Source of the DNA: Octopus bimaculoides
Taxonomy: Eukaryota
Assembly: GCF_001194135.2 (NCBI RefSeq)
Contig: NC_069005.1
Span: 978,076-1,037,612, forward strand
Length of the DNA: 59,537 bases
Direction of reading: 5' to 3'
Positions 37,426 to 51,060 of the stretch are shown here, piece by piece. The position numbers and the translations under genes were made by a program. Each line of letters starts with the position of its first letter. Positions within the stretch are counted from its first letter, which is position 1. Under the pieces are notes generated by a model. It searched no databases and was not told where the DNA came from. It saw nothing but the letters and a program-made list of their open reading frames with translations.

Positions 37426-38494
37426 CTGGAAGAAGAAAATGACAAGAAAAAATCTAATAAAATGATTTAGCAAGAATATTACCATAGCAACGGATTTCTG
37501 GAAACTTCCACTCGAATTCCTTTTACTAACTAGATATTGTATACTGAAATTATTACAGATTGTCACATTGTGTGATTGTAAAGAGCCATGTTTGCTTGTC
37601 AGACTAAAGCATCTAATTTGGATGGATGAAAGGCAGAGAAATACTTTGGTGTTACAACATCACAACCGTCTGGCGAACAATAGTCTGAGTCCTACATGTG
37701 GCTTTTTGCCTTTGTTTTTTTTCCTGTCCAAGAGATTTTTAATCTCACAGTTATTTATTAGGATTACAACATTTATCCAAAGTCATTGACATAAAAGTGT
37801 TCCATCCTCCTCACTGTTTTAACGTCCACTTTTCGTGGGTCCAACAGAATTCGTTGAGGTAAAGTCTCTGCAACAGGATGCCCTTCCTGTCTTCAACCCT
37901 CACTTGTTCAGCAAAAAAGTTATTTTTCTCTTTGAGCAGATTTGTTTTCTTGCAAGACAGGAAACAAATGACTCTGCTTGTATGACAGTGATACTCATCT
38001 ACGATTGCTACACAATGTTAAAACATGAAAACACAAACATACACACGTGCGTGGAAATAGATAAGGGTTGGCAAGAGGAAGGCACCCAGCTGTTGCCAAG
38101 CCTTATCTGTTTCCAAGTTAGGTAATATTTCTCCATGGCCAGACACATTTCTGTAGAATAGTGGAGATGAAGGATACTGTTAGTATAACAAGTGACACTC
38201 ACTCGCATCTATCATGCAATATCAAGACAAAGAGATAGAAACATATACTCATATACACACACAAATAAGACAAAGTGGTGCCACCTGGGTATGAAATATT
38301 TCTCGGTTTATATTTAATATTTACGTTTAAAGCGTTGGGAAATGAAGGGCAATAACTCTGGAATAACAAATGCCAAGTTCGTCTAGACAAAAAAACGATT
38401 GGTGTTTAGCTTCAAATATCACTTTTCTTTCAACATTGAATATATTGAAAGCAGGCAATGAAAGGTTAATTGGAAAATTAATGAAAATTATGTT

Positions 38495-38850
38495 GTGCAG
38501 GAGTGGTTGTGTGGTAAGTAGCTTGCTTACTAACCACATAGTTCCGGGTTCAGTCCCACTGCGTGACACCATGGGCAAGTGTCTTCTACTATAGCCTCGG
38601 GTCGACCAAAGCCTTGTGAGTGGATTTGGTAGACGGAAATTGAAAGGAGCCCGTCGTATATATGTATCTATGTATGTGTGTGTGTGTGTGTGTGTGTGTT
38701 TGTCCCCCCCAACATCGCTTGACAACCGATGCTGGTGTGTATACGTCCCCATCACCTAGCGGTTCGGCAAGAGAGACCGATAGAATAAGTACTAGGCTTA
38801 TAAAGAATAAGTCCTGGGGTCGATTTGCTCAACTAAAAGGTGGTGCTCCG
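38495..38850 (+). mobile_element. SINE family B, near full length
   Basis: tRNA-like head gtgcaggagtggttgtgtggtaag...gggttcagtccc, CORE-like catgggcaagtgtcttct, internal (GT)n, 3' part cttagc/ggttcggcaa...gtcctggggtcgatttgctc. Confidence 0.9.
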
Positions 38851-39944
38851 CGACAGGAAGGGCATCCAGCCGTAGAAAACCTGCCTCAACAACTTCCATG
38901 TAATCCATGCCAGCATGGAAAAGTGGATGTTAAAATCATGATAACATCAGGTCTATATTTGAGCTGACGTACAACCTCAGCACAACACAAAGTCCGCAAC
39001 TATTTACTGAGATACAATCTGAAACCAATTTCCATACACAGGCTTAATAGTGACAAAGTTCTTTCAGTAAAGTTTTCTTTATTCTCAAAATTAATTTAAA
39101 CCAACACTCATGTATTTCAACAGAAATATGGTCAGGAAGGAATTAAATTGAAATCCAGTTTTTAAGCAGAATTCTTGAATATAAAATTTTCATTTTTATG
39201 AGTCAACAAAAGCTAACAACAAGAAGAGCAAATTGCAAACGAGCTGAGCAAATGTTGGCGAGGATATGAAGAATATTGGATGATATACAGAGGTGATATA
39301 TATATAGTTCGATATATAGAAGTGAGACAGGTGTAATATTTGATGGGGAAGAGATGGAACTGATGTGTTTTTGTGTGTAGAAGATATCTTTGAAGGGGGG
39401 AGGCTAAGAGGAGAAGACATGGAGAGAAATGGTGAAGATGTTGACATGTTTGGCCTTACACCAAAGAGACCCCTGCGCTTCCATATCCTCAAAACCACAC
39501 AGACACATTTATTTCAGTTGGCAACAGAAACACAAATCGAAGTCTCCCTTAATAAGAAATTAATGTTTATTGACAACCGAATTAACTAAATTTATCCTTT
39601 AAAAAAACAAAAAAAACATGAAATGTGAAAGAAATTTGTATATCGCTCAACCCATTCAAAAGTTGTTTCACCCAAACGGTCAAACACACACACACACACA
39701 ATTACAACAATAGAGACAGCCGTCAATCCAACCCATCACTTGCTTAGACATACCAATTAAGCAATCAAATTAATTACAGAGCAAACTAATTAGTGGTGTC
39801 TGTTCATCCACAGACACCAAACACCTCAAACACAAAACATTGCCACACGGAAAAGTAAAAGATCTGTTGAACTTTGACATACAAAATGTATGGCATCTTT
39901 TAACCTATACTGACAAATGCACTGAAAACACACACACACACACA

Positions 39945-40094
39945 AGCTTCTTTCAGTTGCAGTCTATCAAATCTTCTCATGAGGCTTTGGTTGGCTCAGG
40001 AATAAAGGAGAAGACTTTTGCTCAAGGTGCCATGTAGTAAGATCGAACTTGAAGGCAATGACTGCAAAGCAAACTTCTTAACCACACAGCCATG
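39945..40094 (-). mobile_element. SINE family B, 5' half
   Basis: Reverse complement begins catggctgtgtggttaagaagtttgc and ends caactgaaagaagc. Confidence 0.8.
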
Positions 40095-40213
40095 TCTCTA
40101 CCTCTATTCACGATAAAAATACATCCTGTCGGTTTGAATTGTTTCCAAGGCTGTGTGTGGGAGAGAGAGGTTGGGTGATGGAGGAGGAGAAAGAGATTCA
40201 AGTGATGGCCTAC

Positions 40214-40336
40214 CTTTAGCCTGATATTGGCAGGTGATTCAGTATTGTCATGGAGCCAGCGCAAACTTGAATAGTGGTCGCCATTATGGTAAGCAATGTG
40301 AAGCTGTGCTGAGGTGACGTCTTTAGAACCTTGTAT
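40214..40336 (-). CDS. OTUD3: OTUD3 exon 4 with the catalytic His (IQGSKDVTSAQLHIAYHNGDHYSSLRWLHDNTESPANIRLK)
   Basis: Acceptor tttccAG|ATA, donor AAG|GTAGGC, 123 nt, phase 0-0; LHIAY..G.HY.S motif of the OTU His loop. Confidence 0.95.
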
Positions 40337-41107
40337 CTGGAAATTTAAACAAGTTCACACATTATATAGATAGGTATAAACATACACTATTCAAATATGT
40401 ATATATATACATATACACACACACACATGATGTGTAAGAATACAGATTTAGTGTTGAGACCAGATCAAATACTTAAAATCTAACATCAAATGATGGGAGA
40501 TGGGATCCAAGCAAACAAGAATTGGTTATGGGAAGTGTAGTGGTCAAGTTGATAAAATTGTAACTAAATAAAAGATGGACAGGAAGTCATTAACAGCATC
40601 AAAGCATTTATAAATTGGTTATACACAACTGACCATAAATAAAATTAAGCAGAGAAAATAGGAAGCAAAAGTTCACATTCTTCATAGGTAAGTAGATATC
40701 CAGAAGTTTAACACTTTACAGCTGTTTCTGGGATGTAGTGATCAGTAAGTGCAACAATGTGCACTGTGTGTACATTTATATGAATTAAATTGGTGTTAGT
40801 GAATAGATTTTCTTTGTTATTTTTGAAATTAATTGAAATAAAGTGTATTTCAATAAATTTGGTTAATGAGCAAATGGCCAGGATGACAAATTCTAACACA
40901 GTCAACATATTGTAATATTAGAAAGCTTAAACCTTGTCTTACTTCCGTCTGGCCGATAACAAGTTGTACAGAATCTTGTATCATGTATTTTGTTAGATTT
41001 TGATTTTCTACAGTGACATATTACATGCAAAGGGTGAGGGCAGGAACTTTTACCTTAAAAAATATCGGTCCAAGAATTTCAGATAAAAAAATGTAACTAA
41101 AACTTAC

Positions 41108-41220
41108 TAGCAAAAAAGGAGAATTTAACTGATGAATGACTATATGTACTTGATGAAGGCGGCCAAAAGCTGCAATAGCATCGTTACCCGCATAGGTCCC
41201 AGGTTTTTTCAGATTGTACA
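41108..41220 (-). CDS. OTUD3: OTUD3 exon 3 ((L)[37 protein letters not shown])
   Basis: Acceptor tccttccttttcAG, donor CTA|GTAAGT, 113 nt, phase 1-0; PGT(F/Y)AGNDAI motif typical of OTUD3. Confidence 0.96.
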
Positions 41221-41267
41221 CTGAAAAGGAAGGAAAAATACAGAATTAACAACAACAACAATAATAA

Positions 41268-41460
41268 TCCTTTCTACTATAAGCACAAGGCTCAAAATTT
41301 TTGGGAAAGGGGTTAGTTGATAATACCAAGCCCAGTGCTTGATATTTTATTGACCCCGAAAGGATGAAAGGCAAAGTTGACTTCAGCAGAATTTGAACTC
41401 AGAACATGAAGATGGATGAAATGTCACGAAGCTAACAATTCTGCCAGCCTCTCTCTGCCT
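41268..41460 (-). mobile_element. SINE family A
   Basis: tcctttctactat...cacaaggc...gaccccgaaaggatgaaaggcaaagttgac...gaatttgaactcagaac. Confidence 0.85.
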
Positions 41461-41464
41461 TATC

Positions 41465-41503
<39 letters not shown>

Positions 41504-41999
41504 CATGATCATCATCCAGTGTTTTAAATCCAGGTTTTGTCTCCGTTAATGGGGGTGACCAGATCTACCCCAACACCATAGCAACCAAGGTAGGCAGGTG
41601 CAGCTTACCCCAACTATTGCTATCATGAGGTTTTTTTGGGAGCTGGATTTTCTATGGCGAGCATGCCCTTGCTTACCCCAACCTCAGTTTCTAGAGTCTG
41701 AAGGAACCTACTACTTTCTCAAGTCATACACTTGATGGGATCCGAGTTCAACATAAGTCCAAGCAACATTTAATTATACAGTGCTCCCACTGTTTACAGC
41801 AATAACATTTAAAACCATGTTGTGAACGATAATGTGTAGTGAACCAATTTTAGAGTTAAATGTCTGGCCCACCAACACCAAAACGTGGCAATGAGACATG
41901 CTGTTATTTTAAGCAACGACCACACTTATTAAGTCTGACACAAGAGAGATGATTAGAGAAGAGAGTTGTAGTTAGAGAAACTCAATGAAAACAACTTAC

Positions 42000-42148
42000 A
42001 ATAATGTTCAAACTGTATGTTGTCTTCGACAAATGGTGCAAAGTCTTTCTTGTTTTTTAACATGTATTCAACAACTTTTAACCGATGACAATAGTGGTTG
42101 CGGCCGTGTCCTTCGAGTTGGTCACCAAGAGCACGGAACAAACAGTTT
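42000..42148 (-). CDS. OTUD3: OTUD3 exon 2 with the catalytic Cys ([49 protein letters not shown])
   Basis: Acceptor ttgttgttgcAG|A, donor T|GTAAGT, 149 nt, phase 2-1; [15 protein letters not shown] is diagnostic. Confidence 0.97.
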
Positions 42149-42179
42149 CTGCAACAACAAGGAAAAAGACATATAGATC

Positions 42180-42221
<42 letters not shown>

Positions 42222-42317
42222 ATTATATAGGTATTCACACACAGAAAGACAAATAGAAGAAATTCATAAATCACAAATATAAGCTGTCACAAAAATAATT
42301 TTAAAAAAATCTATACC

Positions 42318-42666
42318 CATGGTAAGAAGTTTGCTTCCCAACCGCATGGTTCTAGGTTCAGTCCCACTGAATAGCACTTTTAGTGAATGTCTTCTATTAT
42401 AGACCCAGGCCAACCAAAAACTTTGTGAGTGGATTTGGTAGACAGAAACTGAAAGAAGCCTCTGTGTGTGTGTGTGTGTATGTGAGAGCTTGTTTCCAGT
42501 CACTGTTAGATAGCTGGTGTCTGTTTGTTTATGTCCCCAAAACATAATAGTTCAGCAAAAAGAGAAGGGGAGCATAAGATAAGTACTGAAGTCAATTTGC
42601 TTAAATGAACCTTTTAATGTGGTGCCCCAGCATGGCCACAGTCCAATGACTGAAACAAGTAAAAAG
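42318..42666 (+). mobile_element. SINE family B
   Basis: aagaagtttgcttcccaacc...gtgagtggatttggtagacagaaactgaaagaagcc...(GT)n...ccagcatggccacagtccaatgactgaaacaagtaaaaag. Confidence 0.85.
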
Positions 42667-43157
42667 TAATGAATACAAACACACATCACACACGCACACA
42701 TAAACTAATGCACACAAACATTTGTTCATACAGTCACACACATCACATATACATAGACACACACACACACACACACAGACACCACACATACACACACATC
42801 ACACACACATACATGCATTGGGATGAACACTGGCAATTTGTCTTTCGTTTGTGCTTTCTCAACATTAGAGATCCTTCCTAATGGTAACCAGTGGAATGTG
42901 AACAAGGAGAGGAACCCGTTTGTCAGTCAGATGGACTGACACAATCAGAGTTATGTCCCTTGTCTAAACAATCATTTGTCTGAAAGAGTTAACTAAATAT
43001 TGATTCTTCTTGGCTCGTGTCACACTTCACTCTCCCCTCGCAGCCACTGTTGCAATCTTCCTCCCTGGCTTTGCTGATCCAGCAATATTGACTGACAGCT
43101 TCCCAGTTGTTGATTATTGACAATGATTTATCGATTGATCAGTGGAATTCAGCAATA

Positions 43158-43202
<45 letters not shown>

Positions 43203-44467
43203 CATCAATAAAGCTAGCGTTTAGTATATTTAGGATGTAATACAAGTGAAGGAAGGCAGGATACTGGGAGGCGGGGACAGATGAAATTGGGAGGGAGGGA
43301 AGAGGGAAAGGGTGGAAGAAGGGGAAGGGAGGGTAGAGAAGTGAACATGAACAAAGTTGACAGACAGACAAAGAGATCGGTTGACATGAGAAGTCATCAA
43401 AACTATCTGATCAATAATATTTCATCATGGAACCTGCATCTCCCTCCCTCTCTCCCTCCCTCCCCCTCTCTCACTCCCTTCCCCCTCTCTCTCTCTCTCT
43501 TTCCAATGTACACTGGTTACAATTTTCTGCCTCATTCCCTACAAAAGCAAAAAACAAGAAACACTTCTGTTAGAATAAATAATGTCTTTAGACACCAACA
43601 CAAAGTGATGTCAATAAGGGAATGACTGAATTGTCATTTAAGTCGTAGGATATAGCAGCCAATTGACCCTCAATTAATTAGGTCTATTTTCAAATCTTGC
43701 ATCACTGGGCTTCCTTTCTGAAGTCAGTAGAAAGAACTGTAGTAGTAGCAGTGGTTGCAGTGGTGGTGGTGGTAGCAGTAGTGGTAGCAGCATCAGTTGC
43801 AGTTGCTGGTAGTGACAGTGAGGGTCCTTAGTTGACTGCTTGAGTAACCAAGTTTCTACTCAGGACCAACCAAATAACTCAGCACAATTAGAAAATTACT
43901 ATTTGTAAATCTCTCAACATGAGATATTCAGCAACAGTACTTTGTAGTAAAGATTGTTTGCCAACATAACATGGCAGTCCTGGTTTAGGACGAATGTTGC
44001 TATAATTTAGCCCCAGGAGACATCGTCTCCAGCTGGCTATACAACACGATCTGTATCCTTATATAAGTCTTTACTATGACTATACAATTGTCAGACAGTC
44101 AGACTATCCGTTTAACCTTTCCCATACTAATTGTCCCTCGTTCTATGATTTGATTTCATCTTCCAACTGGGTTTCAATCAGTGACCTGAATTAAAATTTT
44201 CCATAAAAAGATTCAAGTAATTTACATTCCAATCACCAGTTTAATGTACCAGCACTCAACTACCAACATGGCTGGAAAAGACTGGTGCAAGTGTGAAGGT
44301 AGAACATCTACCAAAAATCAGCATTGCTTGGAACTGCAAGAATTCTTCACGGTTCTTGAAGCATGACCAGTAAACAAGTGTCACCTTAGTCTGCCGGCTG
44401 TGAACAGCTGACACTTGCCATCGTACCCACCAAAATAAGCTGTGAGTTTTCATCAAATAATAATAAT

Positions 44468-44910
44468 AATAACCCTTTCCACAATAGGCACATGGCCTGA
44501 AACTTGGGGGACAGGGATAATCGATCGCATCAACCCCAGTTTTTGACTGGTACTTATTTTATCGACCCCGAAAGATTGAAAGACAAAGTGACCTTGGCAG
44601 AATTTGAACTCAGAATGCAATGCTGGAAGAAATGCTGCTAAGCATTTTGTCCAGCATGCTAATGATTCTGCCAGCTCCCTGTTTTTAAATAACTGTTTCA
44701 CATTTTGGCACAAGGCCAGCAGTTTTGGGGAATAGGGATTAGTTGAATTCATTGATCCCTGTACTTGACCGCTACTTTAATTTATTGACTCCAGAAGGAT
44801 GAAAGGCAAAATGGACTTTGAAAAGATTTGGGTCAAAGCATAAAGAACCAGGAGAAATGCTATGAAGCATTTTGTTTGATGCACCAACACTCCTTCCAGC
44901 TCACCACCTT
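44468..44910 (-). mobile_element. Two tandem family A SINE copies
   Basis: Copies at ~44468-44680 and ~44700-44910, same orientation, bounded by (AAT)n. Confidence 0.8.
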
Positions 44911-44989
44911 AAATAATAAGAATAATATTAGAAAACATTGTTGTCTTAAAAACACCTGATTCTCTTAAAATGTAAAATTGAAATATTAT

Positions 44990-45420
44990 AAATTTAACAG
45001 AATCTTAGTTATTGGAATCTGGTCTCTTCAAATGCGAAAACTGGAAGAAAAGACAATGGACAGCTTCCAGTTCACATGCTTAAGGAGAATACTCGACATC
45101 AAGTGGCTGTGAAAAGTCCGAAATTATACAAATTGACAAACTGACAAAATAAGAAGATGCAGACACTGGAAATGGATCAGACACATTCTCAGACAATATG
45201 GAGAAAGTGAGTGAATGGTGACACTGAAGTGACAGTCCGAGGGGAAAAAGAGCAACAGGGCACCGTAAAACCAGACATGGTGAAAGAGTATTGAGAAGAA
45301 GAAGAGATGAGGAGGGTGGAGAAGCAGGAATGAGACCAGAACAGTGGTGGAAAAGAAAGATGGTTGGAGAGATCTGAGTTGTGACATTGTGTGCCTCATG
45401 GCATACAGAGAACCGACGGA
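44990..45420 (+). mobile_element. RTE-clade LINE 3' fragment
   Basis: DSFQFTCLRRILDIKW ... IRRCRHWKWIRHILRQ ... then a WxPEGK-like and T-W motif; stops and frameshifts. Confidence 0.8.
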
Positions 45421-45513
45421 CGAATCATAAATAACAGACATAGTAAAATGTCAAACTTACTGTTACTGAGAATTGGAACAGCTTACATAAAAAGTAAGCA
45501 ACAACACTTGTAG

Positions 45514-45547
<34 letters not shown>

Positions 45548-47199
45548 TTTCTTTTATTTGTCACCAGGGTAACATATGAGAGGAACAATACAAAGACAGA
45601 CATAAAAAGGAGTAGTTTAAAACAGAAGGATTAAGTTTACAGGGCAAAAAGAAAAAGAAATGAAGTATACAGGATAATGATGATGATGATGATGGTGGTG
45701 GTGATGATAATAATTTCATTTCTTTGCCACAAGGGCGAAGGATGAAGGGGACAATACAGAGACTTCAAGTGTATGTGTGTGTGTGTGTGTGGGGGGGTTA
45801 TATATAATAATGAAATGATAAAAAAAGAACTCTTTTTTTTTAAAGTATACACAGGAAAAGGGACACATGCATAGCATTGCTGTCAAGAACATAATAATAA
45901 TAATGGTGAAGGCAACACTTGATGGTGGTGAGGATGATGATGATGATGATGTCATTGACTGCCTTAATATGCATGAATGAAAACCAGCAGTCGAAGTAAC
46001 ATTTTGGAAAAGAAACATATATTAAAAAAAAGGGAAAAAACAAGAAAGCAAAAAAACAAACAAACAAACAGTCCCCAGAAATTAAGTGTTAAGTAATCCA
46101 GTTGTCAATCAGAAAAAAAAACCTTTTCCAAATATAGAAATGAGTAAGAAGGGTGGAATGGNNNNNNNNNNNNNNNNNNNNNNNNNNNNNNNNNNNNNNN
46201 NNNNNNNNNNNNNNNNNNNNNNNNNNNNNNNNNNNNNNNNNNNNNNNNNNNNNNNNNNNNNNNNNNNNNNNNNNNNNNNNNNNNNNNNNNNNNNNNNNNN
46301 NNNNNNNNNNNNNNNNNNNNNNNNNNNNNNNNNNNNNNNNNNNNNNNNNNNNNNNNNNNNNNNNNNNNNNNNNNNNNNNNNNNNNNNNNNNNNCCTTGCA
46401 ATAACAAAACCTGACAATGACGTCCAGCTGTTTCTATGGAAACAGACTCACAGAAGCAGGTAAGCCAAGGCATGAAATGTCTCAGAGTGGGGAAACTTTT
46501 AGCAGACCAAGAATTTGGTAAATGGGTGTGGGGAGAGGGAGAGAGAGAGAGAATCCATGAGTGGACAGTGTTGAGCAAAACCAAGTCTGGAATACTGGTT
46601 CATTTCACCATGACGACCTGTAAGACTGTAATTAATAAATTAATTAGAAATGTATTAACTCCACAATATCAATTTGCTTTTAACAAAGTGCCAGTGGCAA
46701 GAAAAGGGCACCCAGAATGCACAGTACTGCGGTTGGCATTACGAAGGGCACCTAGCCATAGAAACCGTGCCAGGGCTGACACTGCTGTGTGGTCAGCTTG
46801 CCAGATACTGTCCAATAATCCAAACCATTCTAGCCTGGAAACAGACGTTAAACGATGATGACAGCATTGTCCAAAAGTATTAAGCATTTGTGGTGATCTT
46901 ACAGTCCAATGAAGATTTTAGTTCTTTCAGTAACAGAATGAGAATTATAACTAAGAATGACCGAGTTCCTTTGGAAAAGGATGACAGACATCAAGTGACC
47001 AATGAAACAAACTGTGAGCTGAATGACTTCCCCCACCCCGACCCATCTAAGTGAATAGATTTGTCCAACATGTGTCAGGATGAGAAGTAAATAGAAAACA
47101 GTGACAGAACCAGTCGTCTTTCATGTTAACAGCACAAACATTGATTGGATCAACTTTAATTCTCACAGAGAAGCTAAACCACCCAAAGACAATAGAAAT

Positions 47200-47470
47200 A
47201 AGATAAAGATACTTCCTGGGTCATTCACGCTCAAAGGGCCCATTTCCCAGTTTCTGTGGCACACACACACACTCCTTCACTCCGACCCACCCCTCCTTGA
47301 CGGAACGCTGATCTGTTGCAGGATGACTCGTTTTTGCCGGCTGAGTGGACTGCAGCAACATGAAATGAAGTGTTTTGCTCAAGGACACAAAGCATCGCCC
47401 GGTTCAGGGATCGAAACCACAATCTTACGATCAAGAGTCCAACACCCTAACCACTAAGCCATGCGCCCTC
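47200..47470 (-). mobile_element. tRNA-head SINE, family C
   Basis: Reverse complement gcgcatggcttagtggttagggtgttggactcttgatcgtaagattgtggtttcgatccc (A/B boxes), then gtgtccttgagcaaaacacttcatttc. Confidence 0.85.
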
Positions 47471-48159
47471 CACCCAACACATAATACCAGTCAGGAAAAG
47501 CCTCCCAAATGTTATGCAATCAGTCAATACACTTTACTCAGTTCATCGACAGCTGTCAGCAGAAATAAGTAGCAACTAATCCAGAAACAACACCTGCCAA
47601 ACATGCAGGTGGGCAGGTGGGCAGGTGGGGGGAGATTTAGTATTAGTCTTATGCCATGACATCAGAGATAATACTCGGCTTTATTAAGCCCTGACAAGCT
47701 TAAAAGACTTTTTTAGATTCTCACTGACAAACTTAAAAAAAAAACTAACGTTAACAAGGAAGGGTTGAGATTAAAATGGCAAAGAATGGTGGACGGAAAT
47801 GAATTATGAAAAGGTTAAAAATAAGGAAGAAAAATAAAACATAGGTTAAAAAAAAGGAAGAGAAATAAAAGAGGACAGCAACTGCAACAGTAGCCTTAAT
47901 ACTACCACCACTACTACAACATTCACAAACTGTATAAAACATAGTAAAAAAAGCAAAACAATTGACAAGAATAGATTTAACAAAGATACAGCATTTGAAG
48001 AAGAGAAACAACAATATATTTGACCCCGTTCATGGGATTATGTCAGTCCCGTCTGGCTCCCTGGTTTTCACCAAAACAGACCCCTACAAAAGTACATGTG
48101 ATCAAAGGCAGTACAAAGACCAAATCCCACAGACCAATTAAATAATGAAACAAAAGTAG

Positions 48160-48311
48160 TTTTTTCTACTCTAGGCACAAGGCCTGAAATTTTTGGGGAG
48201 GGGACCAGTCAATGAGATTGATCTCCAGTATGCAACTGGTACTTAATTTATCAACCCTGAAAGGATGAAAGGCATGGTTGACCTCAGCGGAGTTTGAACT
48301 CAGAATGTAAA
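48160..48311 (-). mobile_element. SINE family A, cut by a gap
   Basis: ggcacaaggcctgaaattttt...gaaaggatgaaaggc...gagtttgaactcagaatgtaaa then Ns. Confidence 0.85.
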
Positions 48312-48900
48312 NNNNNNNNNNNNNNNNNNNNNNNNNNNNNNNNNNNNNNNNNNNNNNNNNNNNNNNNNNNNNNNNNNNNNNNNNNNNNNNNNNNNNNNNN
48401 NNNNNNNNNNNNNNNNNNNNNNNNNNNNNNNNNNNNNNNNNNNNNNNNNNNNNNNNNNNNNNNNNNNNNNNNNNNNNNNNNNNNNNNNNNNNNNNNNNNN
48501 NNNNNNNNNNNNNNNNNNNNNNNNNNNNNNNNNNNNNNNNNNNNNNNNNNNNNNNNNNNNNNNNNNNNNNNNNNNNNNNNNNNNNNNNNNNNNNNNNNNN
48601 NNNNNNNNNNNNNNNNNNNNNNNNNNNNNNNNNNNNNNNNNNNNNNNNNNNNNNNNNNNNNNNNNNNNNNNNNNNNNNNNNNNNNNNNNNNNNNNNNNNN
48701 NNNNNNNNNNNNNNNNNNNNNNNNNNNNNNNNNNNNNNNNNNNNNNNNNNNNNNNNNNNNNNNNNNNNNNNNNNNNNNNNNNNNNNNNNNNNNNNNNNNN
48801 NNNNNNNNNNNNNNNNNNNNNNNNNNNNNNAGATAGAAATAGTTGCAAAATTAGGTAGAGTCATTGCTGTGTGGTCAAAAAGTTTGCTTCCCAGTCATGT

Positions 48901-48935
<35 letters not shown>

Positions 48936-50732
48936 TTTAAATACACAACTGAAAAAGCTACTAATAGTAGGTATATTTACACACAAGCGCGTATGTATGT
49001 ATGTATACGTGTGTGTGTATGTGTCTCCTTGTCTAGACATTATGTGATTGTTGTAAACAAGCATCACAGTCATAGAAGTGGTGTTGCTTGTTTCCAGTCT
49101 TCCATGAAAAACATGTCTGGCCATGAGAGAAATACTACCTTGTTTGGAAACAGGCGAGGGTTGGCACCATTAAGGATATCCGGCTGTAGAAAATAGGCCT
49201 CAATAAGTTCTGTCTGACCCAAGCAAGTGTGGGAAAATGGGTGTTAAATGATGGTGACTAATAGCTTTGAGGCTAACTGGGCAATTAATAACAGAAGTAT
49301 TACATTCTGACCGAGATCACTTTGCCCCCTCCCCCCGCCTCCTTGGCCCTCTCTAAAATGTGGATGGACAGAAATAGATTGGACAGTTAAGGTGCAGAGA
49401 ATGCAACATGTCAACACCGTTATGCTGCACCCTACGATTCCAAGCTGCATATTTGGTTTGTGTCGTATGAAGCTTAGCTAAGCGGAGACAAAACAGGAAT
49501 AAGGACAGATGTGTTGAGTGGAGTTGCTTGTTTCAATGTTTTAGTGCCATGGGTCCTGGTTAATGAGAAACTGACCCAGGGGCAATAGAACAGTAACAAC
49601 TCCACTACCATCACCACAGCCATTCTAACCATCAACTAAGGAGCGATTCAGATGAGATCATTTTTCAGAAGTTTTATATTAGGTTGTTTTTAATTATTTT
49701 ATTTTAATATTCATTTATTTATTTAATTATCAGCTTATAACACCAGCATCACCACAGAAAACAAAACCCAAATCAAAATTTTTCTAAAAATCCAAGTAAA
49801 AACAACTACAAAAAAAAGCCCAAAAACAATTTCTTTCAACACTTTCTAATATCATCAGTGCTGATAAAGTAGCTTAATGCTTAACTAGAACTAATCAATA
49901 GGTTGGTACAAATTAAACAGAGGATTAGGCTGCCGTCATTTCTTAACGCTTTCTGGTGTTGTCAGCAGATTGAGCTGCTGTCGATAGAAAACAATTTCAG
50001 CATCTCTTGATAAAAAATTGATAAAGGAAGACTTTTCTCTTTCTCAGAACCTGGCAGAAAGGAGGATTTGAACCCTGGACGACAAATTGATGNNNNNNNN
50101 NNNNNNNNNNNNNNNNNNNNNNNNNNNNNNNNNNNNNNNNNNNNNNNNNNNNNNNNNNNNNNNNNNNNNNNNNNNNNNNNNNNNNNNNNNNNNNNNNNNN
50201 NNNNNNNNNNNNNNNNNNNNNNNNNNNNNNNNNNNNNNNNNNNNNNNNNNNNNNNNNNNNNNNNNNNNNNNNNNNNNNNNNNNNNNNNNNNNNNNNNNNN
50301 NNNNNNNNNNNNNNNNNNNNNNNNNNNNNNNNNNNNNNNNNNNNNNNNNNNNNNNNNNNNNNNNNNNNNNNNNNNNNNNNNNNNNNNNNNNNNNNNNNNN
50401 NNNNNNNNNNNNNNNNNNNNNNNNNNNNNNNNNNNNNNNNNNNNNNNNNNNNNNNNNNNNNNNNNNNNNNNNNNNNNNNNNNNNNNNNNNNNNNNNNNNN
50501 NNNNNNNNNNNNNNNNNNNNNNNNNNNNNNNNNNNNNNNNNNNNNNNNNNNNNNNATCTATATCTATATATATATAAAATAACATAAATAATATATAATT
50601 ATATGCATATATCCATACATATATGTACATACCAACATCTATATGTATACATACAAGCATATATGGGTACAGGACATCACAAGAAATGTTTTTTATATAT
50701 ATATATATATATACACACATATATATATATAT

Positions 50733-51060
50733 GGAAGCACATGGCTTAGTGGTTATGGTGTTGCAGTCACGATTGCAAGATGGTGGTTTTGTTTCCCAGA
50801 TCGGAAGTTCATTTCTTGTTGCTCTGCAATCATTTTGTCGTGTGACATGTGCCACACGGTGCACCTGTCCAGGTAATGTCGTCGATTCGATGGAGGGAGT
50901 GAGCTCGTGTGAACACAAACATTTGATCACTATAAACAAATCCTGTGTGTGGGTGTTCGACAAGAAATTGCCGAACCCTCATACGTCGTCTGAAAACGGG
51001 AGAGTCCGTGACATACATATCCATATTGTCTATGAAAAGATTTTCTCATGCTTTTTAATG
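50733..51060 (+). mobile_element. tRNA-head SINE, family C
   Basis: ggaagcacatggcttagtggttatggtgttgcagtcacgattgcaagatggtggtttt head. Confidence 0.75.

Noticed and set aside
43735-43830. Thr/Ala-rich mucin-like frame on the minus strand inside OTUD3 intron 1
   Set aside because: Degenerate (GTA/GTG/GCA)n trinucleotide repeat with no flanking splice support.
47400-47470. tRNA-like sequences with A/B boxes (also at 33140, 38495, 50733)
   Set aside because: They continue into shared SINE bodies and lack a complete cloverleaf; these are SINE heads, not tRNA genes.
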